From the NCBI GenBank assembly GCA_018656065.1, contig JABHZY010000024.1, positions 5,227 through 69,226 of the forward strand: a stretch of DNA of 64,000 nt, written 5' to 3'. Below are positions 54,153 to 63,340 of the stretch, in pieces. A program made the translations under genes and the position numbers. Within the stretch, counting starts at the first letter, position 1; each line of letters begins with the position of its first letter. A model generated the notes under the pieces. The model was given only the letters and a program-made list of their open reading frames with translations. It ran no database searches and was not told where the DNA came from. Source of the stretch: Candidatus Komeilibacteria bacterium (GTDB taxonomy: Bacteria; Patescibacteriota; Patescibacteriia; UBA1558; GWA2-36-10).

Positions 54153-55823
54153 TTATTGTTTTTTCTTATTTACACCAAATAAACACAATTTATTTTCTAA
54201 ATGTTTATTAACTATCATTCTTAAGAATGTTCTAGTTAAAGTAATAGCTGAGAACATAGATACTAAAATACCAATAGCTAATGTAATAGCAAAACCTTTA
54301 ATAATAGAAGTACCAAACCAAGCTAATATAATACAAGTAATAATTGATGATATATTTGAGTCTCTAATAGATGCCCAAGCTCGGATAAAACCATTTTCTA
54401 TAGCTGTATTTAAGCTTTTGCCCTTGCGTAATTCTTCTTTAGTACGTTCAAATATTAATATATTAGCATCTACAGCCATACCAATAGAAAGTATAAACCC
54501 AGCTACACCAGCTAAAGTCATAGTAATTGGAATAATTTCGAAAATAGCTAGAGCTAATACAGTATAGATAGCTAAAGCAATCACTGATAATAGACCAGGT
54601 AATCTATAAAAAACTAGCATAAATAAAGCTGCAGCAGCTAAACCTATCAAACCAGCTAATAAACTTTTATTAACTGATTCTTCACCTAAGCTAGCTCCAA
54701 TGGTAGTTTGACCAATAAGTTCTATTGGTACTGGTAAAGCTCCTAAATTTAAATTTTTAACTAGCTCCTTAGCTTCTGGGATAGTAAAACTTCCGGAAAT
54801 TTGAGCTTGTCCATCTTTAATAGGCTCATTTACTACAGGGCTAGAAATTAATTCTCCATCCAAAAATATTGCAATTGGTTTGCCAACATTCTCTGTAGTA
54901 ATTTGGCCAAATAAATCTTTTCCTTTGTCATTAAATGATAACAACACTATTGGAGCTTGAGTATTTTGTTGAAAACTAAGCTGTGCCTTAGCCACATCAC
55001 GACCACTTAACCCAGATTCTTCCCATACTATATTAGCTAAATCAGCGTTAGCCTTTTGAAATAAAATATGAGCAGAATGTACTTCTACTTCTCCTTGATC
55101 ATTTAATCTTTGATCTATTTTTTTTATAATATGATAACCAAATTGAGATTCTATAAGTTCTGACGCTATTTCATCAGATTGAAGTTGATCAAAAATAGCT
55201 TCATCAAATTCTGGTACAAAAACGTCTCTAACTACAAAGCCCAGATCTCCGCCATTCATAGCAGAACCAGGATCTTCACTATATTCGGTAGCTAAAGTAC
55301 TAAAATCTTCTCCAGCTAAAGCTCTCGCTAATATCTCTTGAGCTTGAACTTTAATTTCATCTATTTCCTCTTCTCCCTCAACAACTTCTTCAATAACAGG
55401 CTCACCTTGAAGTTTAAATTCAAGATGCGGAGTTTTATCAATAATAGCTATAGCCTCATTAGCATCTTTAACGCCAGCTAATTCTACAATTATACGATAA
55501 TTATCTCCACTAAAGTTAGTCTGTACTACTGGTTCAGAGACACCGTAGGCATTTACACGACGTTCAATCACATCACGAAGTGCTTCTACACCATCCCTCT
55601 TCTCATCGCCTTCCATAGCTGAAACATCAGCCTGATAGACTAAATGAGTACCTCCTTGAAGATCTAAACCTAAATGTACCTTAAATTTACCAAACCATCC
55701 TGGAGCGCTAGGCCAAACGACCATAGCAGCAAAAATAGTTAGTAAAACAATAAAGGCAAATGTGGTTCTTACCTTAGTAGCAGTTACCTGCCCTTTGTTT
55801 GAAATTTTACTGTATTTATTCAT
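54153..55823 (-). CDS. secD: protein translocase subunit SecD carrying an inserted parvulin (PpiC-type) PPIase domain
   Basis: LGLDLQGGTH and VELAGV motifs with C-terminal TM helices. Residues about 155-256 read DFSTLATEYSEDPGSAMNGGDLGFV...FDEAIF...SQFGYHIIK. Confidence 0.9.
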   Translation of the reverse strand: MNKYSKISNKGQVTATKVRTTFAFIVLLTIFAAMVVWPSAPGWFGKFKVHLGLDLQGGTHLVYQADVSAMEGDEKRDGVEALRDVIERRVNAYGVSEPVVQTNFSGDNYRIIVELAGVKDANEAIAIIDKTPHLEFKLQGEPVIEEVVEGEEEIDEIKVQAQEILARALAGEDFSTLATEYSEDPGSAMNGGDLGFVVRDVFVPEFDEAIFDQLQSDEIASELIESQFGYHIIKKIDQRLNDQGEVEVHSAHILFQKANADLANIVWEESGLSGRDVAKAQLSFQQNTQAPIVLLSFNDKGKDLFGQITTENVGKPIAIFLDGELISSPVVNEPIKDGQAQISGSFTIPEAKELVKNLNLGALPVPIELIGQTTIGASLGEESVNKSLLAGLIGLAAAALFMLVFYRLPGLLSVIALAIYTVLALAIFEIIPITMTLAGVAGFILSIGMAVDANILIFERTKEELRKGKSLNTAIENGFIRAWASIRDSNISSIITCIILAWFGTSIIKGFAITLAIGILVSMFSAITLTRTFLRMIVNKHLENKLCLFGVNKKKQ

Positions 55824-55880
55824 ATATTTTTGTAATCGACAATGTCAGTATTTTAGCATATTTAATGATTTTGACAAGCT

Positions 55881-56774
55881 CTATCCACTTATAACAGATT
55901 TTATCCAAATATCTAATAAATTAGCAAAATCCTCCCCTCCCACTTGTATAGCCTTTGGCAGTAATGAATTATTAGTCATACCAGGAATTGTATTGATTTC
56001 TAAGAAATATATCTTATCCTCATCTACAATAAAATCACTACGACTAATATGTCTAGCTCCCAAAGCTAAGTGCATTTTAAGTGCTTGAGCTTGGAGTTCT
56101 TCAGCTAATTTATTATCTATTAGCGCTGGGCATAATTCTTCAACTAATTTATTATCATACTTACTTTCATAATCAAAAAAAGAATTTTTAGAACGTATCT
56201 CTATAACTGGCAAAGCAAAAGCTTCTCCATCTTTATCTATAATAGGAACCGTCAACTCTTTTCCTTCTATATAATCCTCTACTAAAACTTTATCACTATA
56301 TTTAAAAGCCTTTTCTAATGATTTATCTAAATCTGCTTGATTATGAGCAATTGATATTCCAATTGAACTACCACCAGCTAAAGGCTTGATGACTACTGCT
56401 TTTTTAAATTCTATTTTAGTAAGTTTATTTAAAATTTGATCCCCAGCTAATAAAAGACCTATCTTCTCCGCTAAATATTTACTTAAATATTTATCCATAC
56501 CTACTGCATGAGCTTCTACGTCAGAAAATATAAAAGGAACGCCTAAGGTTTTCAAAAAACCTTGTACTACTCCATCTTCTCCGCCAGGACCATGAAAAAC
56601 TGGAACAGCTGCTTGATATTTTTTATACTCTGCTAAAAATTTATCTAAATCTTTTGGAAAATCAAATACTGTCACTTCATAATTTTTCTTAAGTGCTTGA
56701 ATTACATTTTCACTGGAGGCTAGAGCGACTTCTCTTTCAGAACTAGTCCCGCCCGTTAGTACAGCAATTCTCAT
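55881..56774 (-). CDS. ddl: D-alanine--D-alanine ligase
   Basis: ATP-grasp fold. MRIAVLTGGTSSEREV N-terminus and EINTIPGMT motif. Confidence 0.93.
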   Translation of the reverse strand: MRIAVLTGGTSSEREVALASSENVIQALKKNYEVTVFDFPKDLDKFLAEYKKYQAAVPVFHGPGGEDGVVQGFLKTLGVPFIFSDVEAHAVGMDKYLSKYLAEKIGLLLAGDQILNKLTKIEFKKAVVIKPLAGGSSIGISIAHNQADLDKSLEKAFKYSDKVLVEDYIEGKELTVPIIDKDGEAFALPVIEIRSKNSFFDYESKYDNKLVEELCPALIDNKLAEELQAQALKMHLALGARHISRSDFIVDEDKIYFLEINTIPGMTNNSLLPKAIQVGGEDFANLLDIWIKSVISG

Positions 56775-56778
56775 ATAT

Positions 56779-57573
56779 TTATTTTTTAATACTAAAAGCT
56801 TGTATAGCTAAACCTAAATAAGGAAATATCTTAGCTAGTATTTTATTTTCTAGTTTTAAATATATTTTATAAAATTTTAATAAAAATTTATTATTAGATC
56901 TTACAAAATAATCATAAGTATAAAAAATTTTAACATCAAAATCTGCTTTTTTCAACTGCTTTTTCAAAATCCAAGGCTTATAACTTTCAGCATCAGGCTC
57001 AATAACTTCTTTAGAAGCCTTATTTAGACCTATATGGCTAAATATTTTACTAAATACTCTATTTATAGCCCAAGTATAGAAAAATGGATTATAAGGCTTT
57101 AAAAATTCACTATTTGGTTCACCAAGCAAAACAAAAGTGCCGCCTGTCTTAAGTACTCTATTAGCTTCTTTAAAAGTATCATCTACTGCAAAAAAATGAT
57201 GCAGAGATCCATTTATAATTACCATATCAAAATAATTATCCGGATAAGGTAAATTTACTACCTCTGAACATTCTAATTTTAACTTTGGATATTTTTCTTT
57301 AGCAATTTTTAATACCTCTTCAGATAAATCTACCCCGTAGACTTCTTCGGATATTTGAAATAAAGAATTGGCCAAACGACCAGTGCCGCAGCCCAATTCT
57401 AAACTTTTTTTAATTTTTTTTGCTCCTAAAAATAATTTTAAATTATCAAAATTCCAAGCATCTACAATTTTTGCGCTAGGAGGATCTATGTGCCAATGAT
57501 CATATTTGGCTGCAGTCTCATTATAATATTCTTTCTGGACCTTAGATTTTTCAGTGTATAAGTTTTGACTCAT
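56779..57573 (-). CDS. class I SAM-dependent methyltransferase
   Basis: Motif I LELGCGTGR. Confidence 0.8.
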   Translation of the reverse strand: MSQNLYTEKSKVQKEYYNETAAKYDHWHIDPPSAKIVDAWNFDNLKLFLGAKKIKKSLELGCGTGRLANSLFQISEEVYGVDLSEEVLKIAKEKYPKLKLECSEVVNLPYPDNYFDMVIINGSLHHFFAVDDTFKEANRVLKTGGTFVLLGEPNSEFLKPYNPFFYTWAINRVFSKIFSHIGLNKASKEVIEPDAESYKPWILKKQLKKADFDVKIFYTYDYFVRSNNKFLLKFYKIYLKLENKILAKIFPYLGLAIQAFSIKK

Positions 57574-57583
57574 TAAAATTGTT

Positions 57584-59683
57584 TTATAAATCTAAATCGT
57601 TTACCTTTTCCCAATCATTTTCATTTAAAACTGCCACGTAATCATTAGCTATAACATACATATAGTCATCCAAATATAAAGCGCGTTTTACATCTGGTAC
57701 ATTAAGCGCTCTAACTAACTCTAGGCTATCATTAGCATATGAAAATACATAACCGCCTTTATAAGATGGTAAGAAAAATACTTCATGTTTTGGATCTTGT
57801 AAAAAGGCATGATGATTATGTAAGGCTTCACTACCATACTCTTCTAAAGAATATTTAGCAATTTCTCTTGGGTTACTTGGATCTGACACATCAAAATTAG
57901 AAATTTTTACTTGTCTATTTTCCATGCCTATACCTAATATATTATCTTCTGATAATGGATGTAAATATGATGAATAACCAGGAATCTTTAATTGACCAAC
58001 CATTTTTGGATCTTTTGGATTAGATAAATCTAAAGTATAAAATGGGTCAGTTTGTCTGAAAGTTACTAAATAACCTACTTCACCAATAAATCTAGCAGCG
58101 TAAATGCGCTCACTTAAACCTAAGTCTAAAATAGAACCTTTAATCTTTAAATTTTTATCTAAGACATAAACATCATTAACTTGAGTATCACGACCACCTC
58201 TTCCAAAACCCCAACGTTCACCAATGGTAGTAGCCACCCTAAGATGATTATCATATTCATCCATTGAAAACTGATTTAATAGATACCCAGGTACTGTACC
58301 GGTAGCATCAATTTTTAAATTATCAATATCAATTTTTACAATTCCAGTAGTATTTAAATATCTTTTATTATCTTCATAATAATCAACCATTCTGTTCTGC
58401 ATCTCATTTTCTAATTTCAAGGTCTCATCTTTATCTAAAGATTGCATCCAATCATTTAATACAGTTTGCAGTTCATTCAATTTAGAACTATTACTAATAT
58501 CATAAGTACTTAATTTTTTTAATTTCTTTTGTACTTCTGCAGATACCAAGCCGTCCATTTTAGTAGTCATAAAATCAAACATAAAATCAAACATATCTAA
58601 ATTTTGATTATAAGCTACATAAAGAGCCTCTTTTGACATATAAACATTTGAGCTTCCCTGATCACCTACAAAAGAAATACTATCGTCAAACTCTCCAGAT
58701 TCAACATCCAAACTTAAAGCTGTAAAAGTAGAGCTTATTTGCCCTGGATTAACTGGATAATATATATCACCACAAGGCACTAACATTGCCTCACCCTCTC
58801 TAATAAACGGACTAATTGGACAAGGATTATAAGTATTTATTCTAGTCTGAGTGAGTAAGTAAATCTTATCATTATATAATCTAGAAGTTGTTAACCAAGT
58901 ATTATCATCTAATTTTACATCCCACTTTTTATTTGGGTCTTTAGGATCTGACACATCATAAGCTACTATATCTTGCCCTGAAAATACAACTAAAGTATCA
59001 TTTGCTAAAAGTAAATCACCAGTTAAATCAATTTTAGAGCTGAGCTCTAAATCACTTACTGGCCAAGCATTTATAATATTAGTTTTAGTTTTATTTTCAA
59101 ATTGTACTTTTTCAAAATTTCCATCTAAATCAAAATCTTCTATAAGCACTGGAGATCCAGCAGTTGCCCAATAACCACTTATATCAGAAAAGAAAATTTC
59201 CTTACCGTTGGTTTTGACAATATCTGGCTCATCAATACCCATAACTTGCACATTTGTATCTGAAACTCTATCTGGACTGCCGCCTCCGTCTCCCCAAACA
59301 ACAGCTTCGTTTATACCCATATCTTTAGCCATCCCAACACTATCCTCCATCATCATTGCTGGTTCTGCAAAAGAACGTACAGAATTAATACCGTAATTTA
59401 CTGAATCATTTACTTCTTTTAAATAAGCTTTAAATTCATCCGCAGACTTAAACTTTTTAAAATTAGTATCTTTGGCTAATCTATTTGTTAAAGGGTTAAA
59501 ATTTAAATGCTGATTATTGTTAGGACTAGTATCTATTTTGGAAACCATAGTCACTAAAGCTACTGCGGATAATAAAATTAAAGCCACTAAATAAACTGGG
59601 GTAAAACCAAATTTATTAAATATAGATTTTTTATTTTTTTTCCTTGATTTTGCTCTTCTTTCAGAGAGTTTGTTTTTAAACAT
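57584..59683 (-). CDS. secreted beta-propeller domain protein
   Basis: N-terminal TM/signal segment. TNVQVMGIDEPDIVKTNGKEIFF-type motif and repeated blades. Confidence 0.7.
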   Translation of the reverse strand: MFKNKLSERRAKSRKKNKKSIFNKFGFTPVYLVALILLSAVALVTMVSKIDTSPNNNQHLNFNPLTNRLAKDTNFKKFKSADEFKAYLKEVNDSVNYGINSVRSFAEPAMMMEDSVGMAKDMGINEAVVWGDGGGSPDRVSDTNVQVMGIDEPDIVKTNGKEIFFSDISGYWATAGSPVLIEDFDLDGNFEKVQFENKTKTNIINAWPVSDLELSSKIDLTGDLLLANDTLVVFSGQDIVAYDVSDPKDPNKKWDVKLDDNTWLTTSRLYNDKIYLLTQTRINTYNPCPISPFIREGEAMLVPCGDIYYPVNPGQISSTFTALSLDVESGEFDDSISFVGDQGSSNVYMSKEALYVAYNQNLDMFDFMFDFMTTKMDGLVSAEVQKKLKKLSTYDISNSSKLNELQTVLNDWMQSLDKDETLKLENEMQNRMVDYYEDNKRYLNTTGIVKIDIDNLKIDATGTVPGYLLNQFSMDEYDNHLRVATTIGERWGFGRGGRDTQVNDVYVLDKNLKIKGSILDLGLSERIYAARFIGEVGYLVTFRQTDPFYTLDLSNPKDPKMVGQLKIPGYSSYLHPLSEDNILGIGMENRQVKISNFDVSDPSNPREIAKYSLEEYGSEALHNHHAFLQDPKHEVFFLPSYKGGYVFSYANDSLELVRALNVPDVKRALYLDDYMYVIANDYVAVLNENDWEKVNDLDL

Positions 59684-59747
59684 ATATTTATTTTATTTAC
59701 ACTGCTAAACGCAATTATTATATTTATTTTTATATTATAACACAAAA

Positions 59748-60434
59748 CTAGTTAGCGCCAAAACGTCTATGTCTTTTATCAAACTCTTCTATAGCTAGGT
59801 CTAAATCTGCTTGACTAAAATCTGGCCAGTCTGTTTCAGGAAAATAAAATTCACTATAGACTGATTGCCAAGTTAAAAACCCAGATAAGCGTTGTTCGCC
59901 AGAAGTACGTATTATCATATCAGGATCAAGCATGCCAGCTGAATCAATATTTTGACTAATTATGTCTTCTGTAATTTGATCCGCTGTAATTCCAGCTTGA
60001 CTAATTTTTTTATAAGCCCTAACTAATTCATCTCTACCTCCATAGCTTAAACAAATATTTAATATTCCTTTTTTACCATCTTTAGTTTTTTCTAAGGCTG
60101 TAGTCATAGATTTTTGTATATCATCAGCAAAATCTTCTCGTCTACCAAAAAAATTCACTTTAACTCCTTGCTTGGCTAAAATATTTATTTCTTTATTTAT
60201 CAATAATCTAAATAGATCCATCAGATAAACTACTTCTTTTTTATCTCTGTTCCAATTTTCTGTAGAAAAAGCATAGACAGTTAAAATTTTAATACCTTTA
60301 TCAAAGGCGTACTGAGCAATAGTTTTTAAATTTTCAAAACCTTGCCGATGACCTTCAAAAGTAGGCAAACCTTTTGCTCGAGCCCAACGACGATTACCAT
60401 CTAATATAATACCTATATGTTTTGGAATTTTCAT
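59748..60434 (-). CDS. uppS: isoprenyl transferase (undecaprenyl diphosphate synthase)
   Basis: HIGIILDGNRRWA and RTSGEQRLSGFLTWQ motifs. Confidence 0.95.
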   Translation of the reverse strand: MKIPKHIGIILDGNRRWARAKGLPTFEGHRQGFENLKTIAQYAFDKGIKILTVYAFSTENWNRDKKEVVYLMDLFRLLINKEINILAKQGVKVNFFGRREDFADDIQKSMTTALEKTKDGKKGILNICLSYGGRDELVRAYKKISQAGITADQITEDIISQNIDSAGMLDPDMIIRTSGEQRLSGFLTWQSVYSEFYFPETDWPDFSQADLDLAIEEFDKRHRRFGAN

Positions 60435-60468
60435 ATTATTATTATAACACCATAGACAAAATAAAAAA

Positions 60469-60486
60469 ACGCCCCTGACGGGGCGT
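60469..60486. terminator. bidirectional terminator
   Basis: ACGCCCC-tgac-GGGGCGT hairpin flanked by A7 and T7. Confidence 0.7.
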
Positions 60487-60502
60487 TTTTTTATTAAATT
60501 TA

Positions 60503-60877
60503 TTAATCAACTGTTTGTGCGAAAAGTTCACTAAGTACAAATCTAGATACAGCATAGGCAGTTAAAATAATAACTAAACCTACAACGCCTGCGCCAATTA
60601 ACTTTTTGGCTTCATCTACTTTTTCAGAACTTCCATAAGAAGTCATCCATTTGAAACCACCAAATAAGATAATTAAAGTAGTTAATATTCCTAGAAAACC
60701 TAAGATAATGTTAATTACCCCTCCAATGGTTTCTCTTAAAGGTTTTGACCCTAAGGCAATATTAGATGTAGAAAAATCGTCATACCCCCAAGCATTAACG
60801 TCAGCAGGCTGAGCGTTAGCTACATTAGCTGCTAAACTAGGAGCTAATACCAAAGCAAATGTTAATATTTTCTTCAT
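60503..60877 (-). CDS. small secreted two-TM protein, TrbC/VirB2-like (T4SS pilin-like) topology
   Basis: Signal peptide ending ANAQP, then two hydrophobic helices in a 124-aa protein. Confidence 0.5.
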   Translation of the reverse strand: MKKILTFALVLAPSLAANVANAQPADVNAWGYDDFSTSNIALGSKPLRETIGGVINIILGFLGILTTLIILFGGFKWMTSYGSSEKVDEAKKLIGAGVVGLVIILTAYAVSRFVLSELFAQTVD

Positions 60878-60993
60878 TTTATTATGAATTACTATTTAAT
60901 TAATTACAAAATTATTATAGCATTAAATTGTTTGTTTGTAAAATTTGCTGAGAATAAATCTAGATTAAAACAATAACTAAATCTATAAAGCTG

Positions 60994-61003
60994 TGGCTCG
61001 GGG
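60994..61003 (-). repeat. direct repeat of the tRNA-Gln 3' end (CCCCGAGCCA)
   Basis: The 10-nt tggctcgggg at 60994-61003 is identical to 61089-61098. Confidence 0.6.
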
Positions 61004-61088
61004 CGTTGGGCTATTGCCCAGCATCTTTAGTTATTTCGCTTGCAGCTCAGATTTATTTAGATCCCAGCCTGCACTCACTTTGTTCGTT

Positions 61089-61162
61089 TGGCTCGGGGAC
61101 AGGGAGTCGAACCCCGATTGACGGGACCAGAACCCGTTGTCCTACCATTAGACGATCCCCGA
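61089..61162 (-). tRNA. tRNA-Gln (anticodon CUG), CCA encoded
   Basis: Manual cloverleaf. Acceptor TCGGGGA/TCCCCGA, D arm GTC/GAC, anticodon stem ACGGG/CCCGT with loop TTCTGGT, T arm CGGGG-TTCGACT-CCCTG, then G-CCA. Confidence 0.9.
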
Positions 61163-61169
61163 ATAATAA

Positions 61170-62666
61170 TTAAAGCATTTCTCCACCAAAAGTATCCAAC
61201 ACCTCTTCTATTCCATTTTCACTTTTACCTTTAAAATTTTGATGATTTTGTTTATAGTTAGGGTCAATTTCAAAACTTATACTTATCTTTCTATCTAATA
61301 TTTCATTAAAAGTGGCTATTAAATTTTCTTTTACTTCGGGCTTATCCAATTGCTCTCTATGAAAATCATATTCTAAACCAATAATAAGTAAATTTTGTTC
61401 TATGCTTAAAGGATGGCTAGTTTGTAACATAGCAGACAAAGAATGATTCAACGGTTTAGCATTAGCTACTACTTTATGCCAATTAGTTTGAAGATTTTTA
61501 ATATCTTCGGTATTTAAATTAATTTTTTTTTTTGACTTTTCCTCGACTACATCACTTGAAAAATCTTTAGTTTCTTCTTGGGCTAATAAAAATTCTACAC
61601 ACGCTAATTCCAGTGGCAATTGATCTATCATTGTTTCTTTAATAGACAGCTTATCTAAAACAATATTTAATAATTTTGATATATCTTCTAAAGCAAAATC
61701 TTGAGCATGTTTTTTTATAGAATCAGTTAAGTTATCATCAAAATCAATAACAAAACTTGGGCCAATAATCTTATAAAGCATTATCTGTCTAATATAATCT
61801 ACAAAATCTGAAATGAAAATATTTAAATCAGCTCCCTCATCTACTAGTTTATTTATTTGATTCAAGGCTGTTGAAAGATTTTTTAATCGAAGCGCCCCTG
61901 TTAATTCATCAATAGCTTGCCAATTACTATTTGGTAAGACCAAAGAAGCTAATTCATCTGTAACCTTACCCCCACTTATAGAAATAACTTGACCTAATAA
62001 TGATTCGGCATCTCTAAGACATCCCTCACTACGACGAGCTATCTCTGATAAAATTTTCTCTGAAATTTGTACTTTTTCCCATTCAGCAATTTCAGTCATT
62101 CTTTTCACGATATCTTTAATAGGAATTTTCTTTAAATCAAATCTTTGGCAACGAGAAATAATAGTTTCTGGAACTTTATGAATTTCTGTAGTAGCTAGTA
62201 TAAAAATAACTCTCTTAGGCGGCTCTTCCAATGTTTTGAGTAAAGCATTAAAAGCAGATTTAGAAAGCATATGAACCTCATCTACAATAAAAACCTTATA
62301 GCCATTACTATTAAATGGTGGAATCTGTGAATTAGCAATGATATTATCACGTACATTGTCTACACCAGTATGAGAAGCAGCATCAATCTCTATGATATCC
62401 ATAGATCGTCCGGCTAATATAAGATTGCAATTTTCACAATTGTTACATGGCTCAGACTCTTTATCTTTACGATTAGTACAATTTAATGAACGAGCAAAAA
62501 GACGGGCCAAACTAGTTTTGCCCGTACCGCGAGGTCCAACAAATAAATAAGCGTGGGCTAAATTCCCACTAGCTATTTCATTTTCTAAAGTAATCTTAAT
62601 CGGCTTTTGACCGACTATTTCTTTGAAAACTTTTGGTCTATATTTTCTATAAATGACTTCTGACAT
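61170..62666 (-). CDS. dnaX: DNA polymerase III subunit gamma/tau
   Basis: GPRGTGKTS Walker A, a zinc module CTNRKDKESEPCNNCENC, and SRCQRF. Confidence 0.95.
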   Translation of the reverse strand: MSEVIYRKYRPKVFKEIVGQKPIKITLENEIASGNLAHAYLFVGPRGTGKTSLARLFARSLNCTNRKDKESEPCNNCENCNLILAGRSMDIIEIDAASHTGVDNVRDNIIANSQIPPFNSNGYKVFIVDEVHMLSKSAFNALLKTLEEPPKRVIFILATTEIHKVPETIISRCQRFDLKKIPIKDIVKRMTEIAEWEKVQISEKILSEIARRSEGCLRDAESLLGQVISISGGKVTDELASLVLPNSNWQAIDELTGALRLKNLSTALNQINKLVDEGADLNIFISDFVDYIRQIMLYKIIGPSFVIDFDDNLTDSIKKHAQDFALEDISKLLNIVLDKLSIKETMIDQLPLELACVEFLLAQEETKDFSSDVVEEKSKKKINLNTEDIKNLQTNWHKVVANAKPLNHSLSAMLQTSHPLSIEQNLLIIGLEYDFHREQLDKPEVKENLIATFNEILDRKISISFEIDPNYKQNHQNFKGKSENGIEEVLDTFGGEML

Positions 62667-62669
62667 AAT

Positions 62670-63254
62670 CTAAAGATTGAGATCGAGTTCGTCAGTAGAA
62701 GCCACTTTATTATTAGTTTTAATTATATTCTCTACAGCTGCCCAAGCGCTATCAGAATCCTTGGAGACTAATATAACCGCCTCATCACCCTCCTCTCCTT
62801 TAAAATATGTAACAGAAGCTAAGAGCACTTTATATATTTTGTCTCCAGCTAAAATCACAAATTCATTAGTGGCCTTATCTTTAATAAGATGGCCAACTAA
62901 CCTTGTTCTTTCTACTGGCGATATTTGTTTAAAAATAAATGAACCGTCCTGACTTATAGTTAATTTTAATATATCTCCTTCTACAAGTTTTGACTTAGAA
63001 GCATAATTAGCTGGCACACTATATTGCTTACCATCTGGCCCTATCATTATCTGACCATTAAACACTCCTTCAACTATCAAACCTTCATCGCCATCAATTT
63101 CTTTACCAACCTGAGCAGCTCGTAGACTATAGTCTACTGCTTGGGAAGAAGATTTTCCAGTTATTTCACCTAAAACTTGTTTAGTTTTAGTCAATTCTAA
63201 TTCTAAATTATATACTAAAGCTTCTAAATCTTTTATTTTTTTGGTTTTAGACAT
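62670..63254 (-). CDS. hypothetical protein (194 aa)
   Basis: ORF tightly coupled to dnaX. No recognised family. Confidence 0.5.
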   Translation of the reverse strand: MSKTKKIKDLEALVYNLELELTKTKQVLGEITGKSSSQAVDYSLRAAQVGKEIDGDEGLIVEGVFNGQIMIGPDGKQYSVPANYASKSKLVEGDILKLTISQDGSFIFKQISPVERTRLVGHLIKDKATNEFVILAGDKIYKVLLASVTYFKGEEGDEAVILVSKDSDSAWAAVENIIKTNNKVASTDELDLNL

Positions 63255-63340
63255 TTTTGTTTTTGTTTACGAGCTTTTTTGGCTCTATTTCACCTAATAA
63301 TTTATCACAAAATTTGGCTCTTGGCAATATAAATTTTTAT

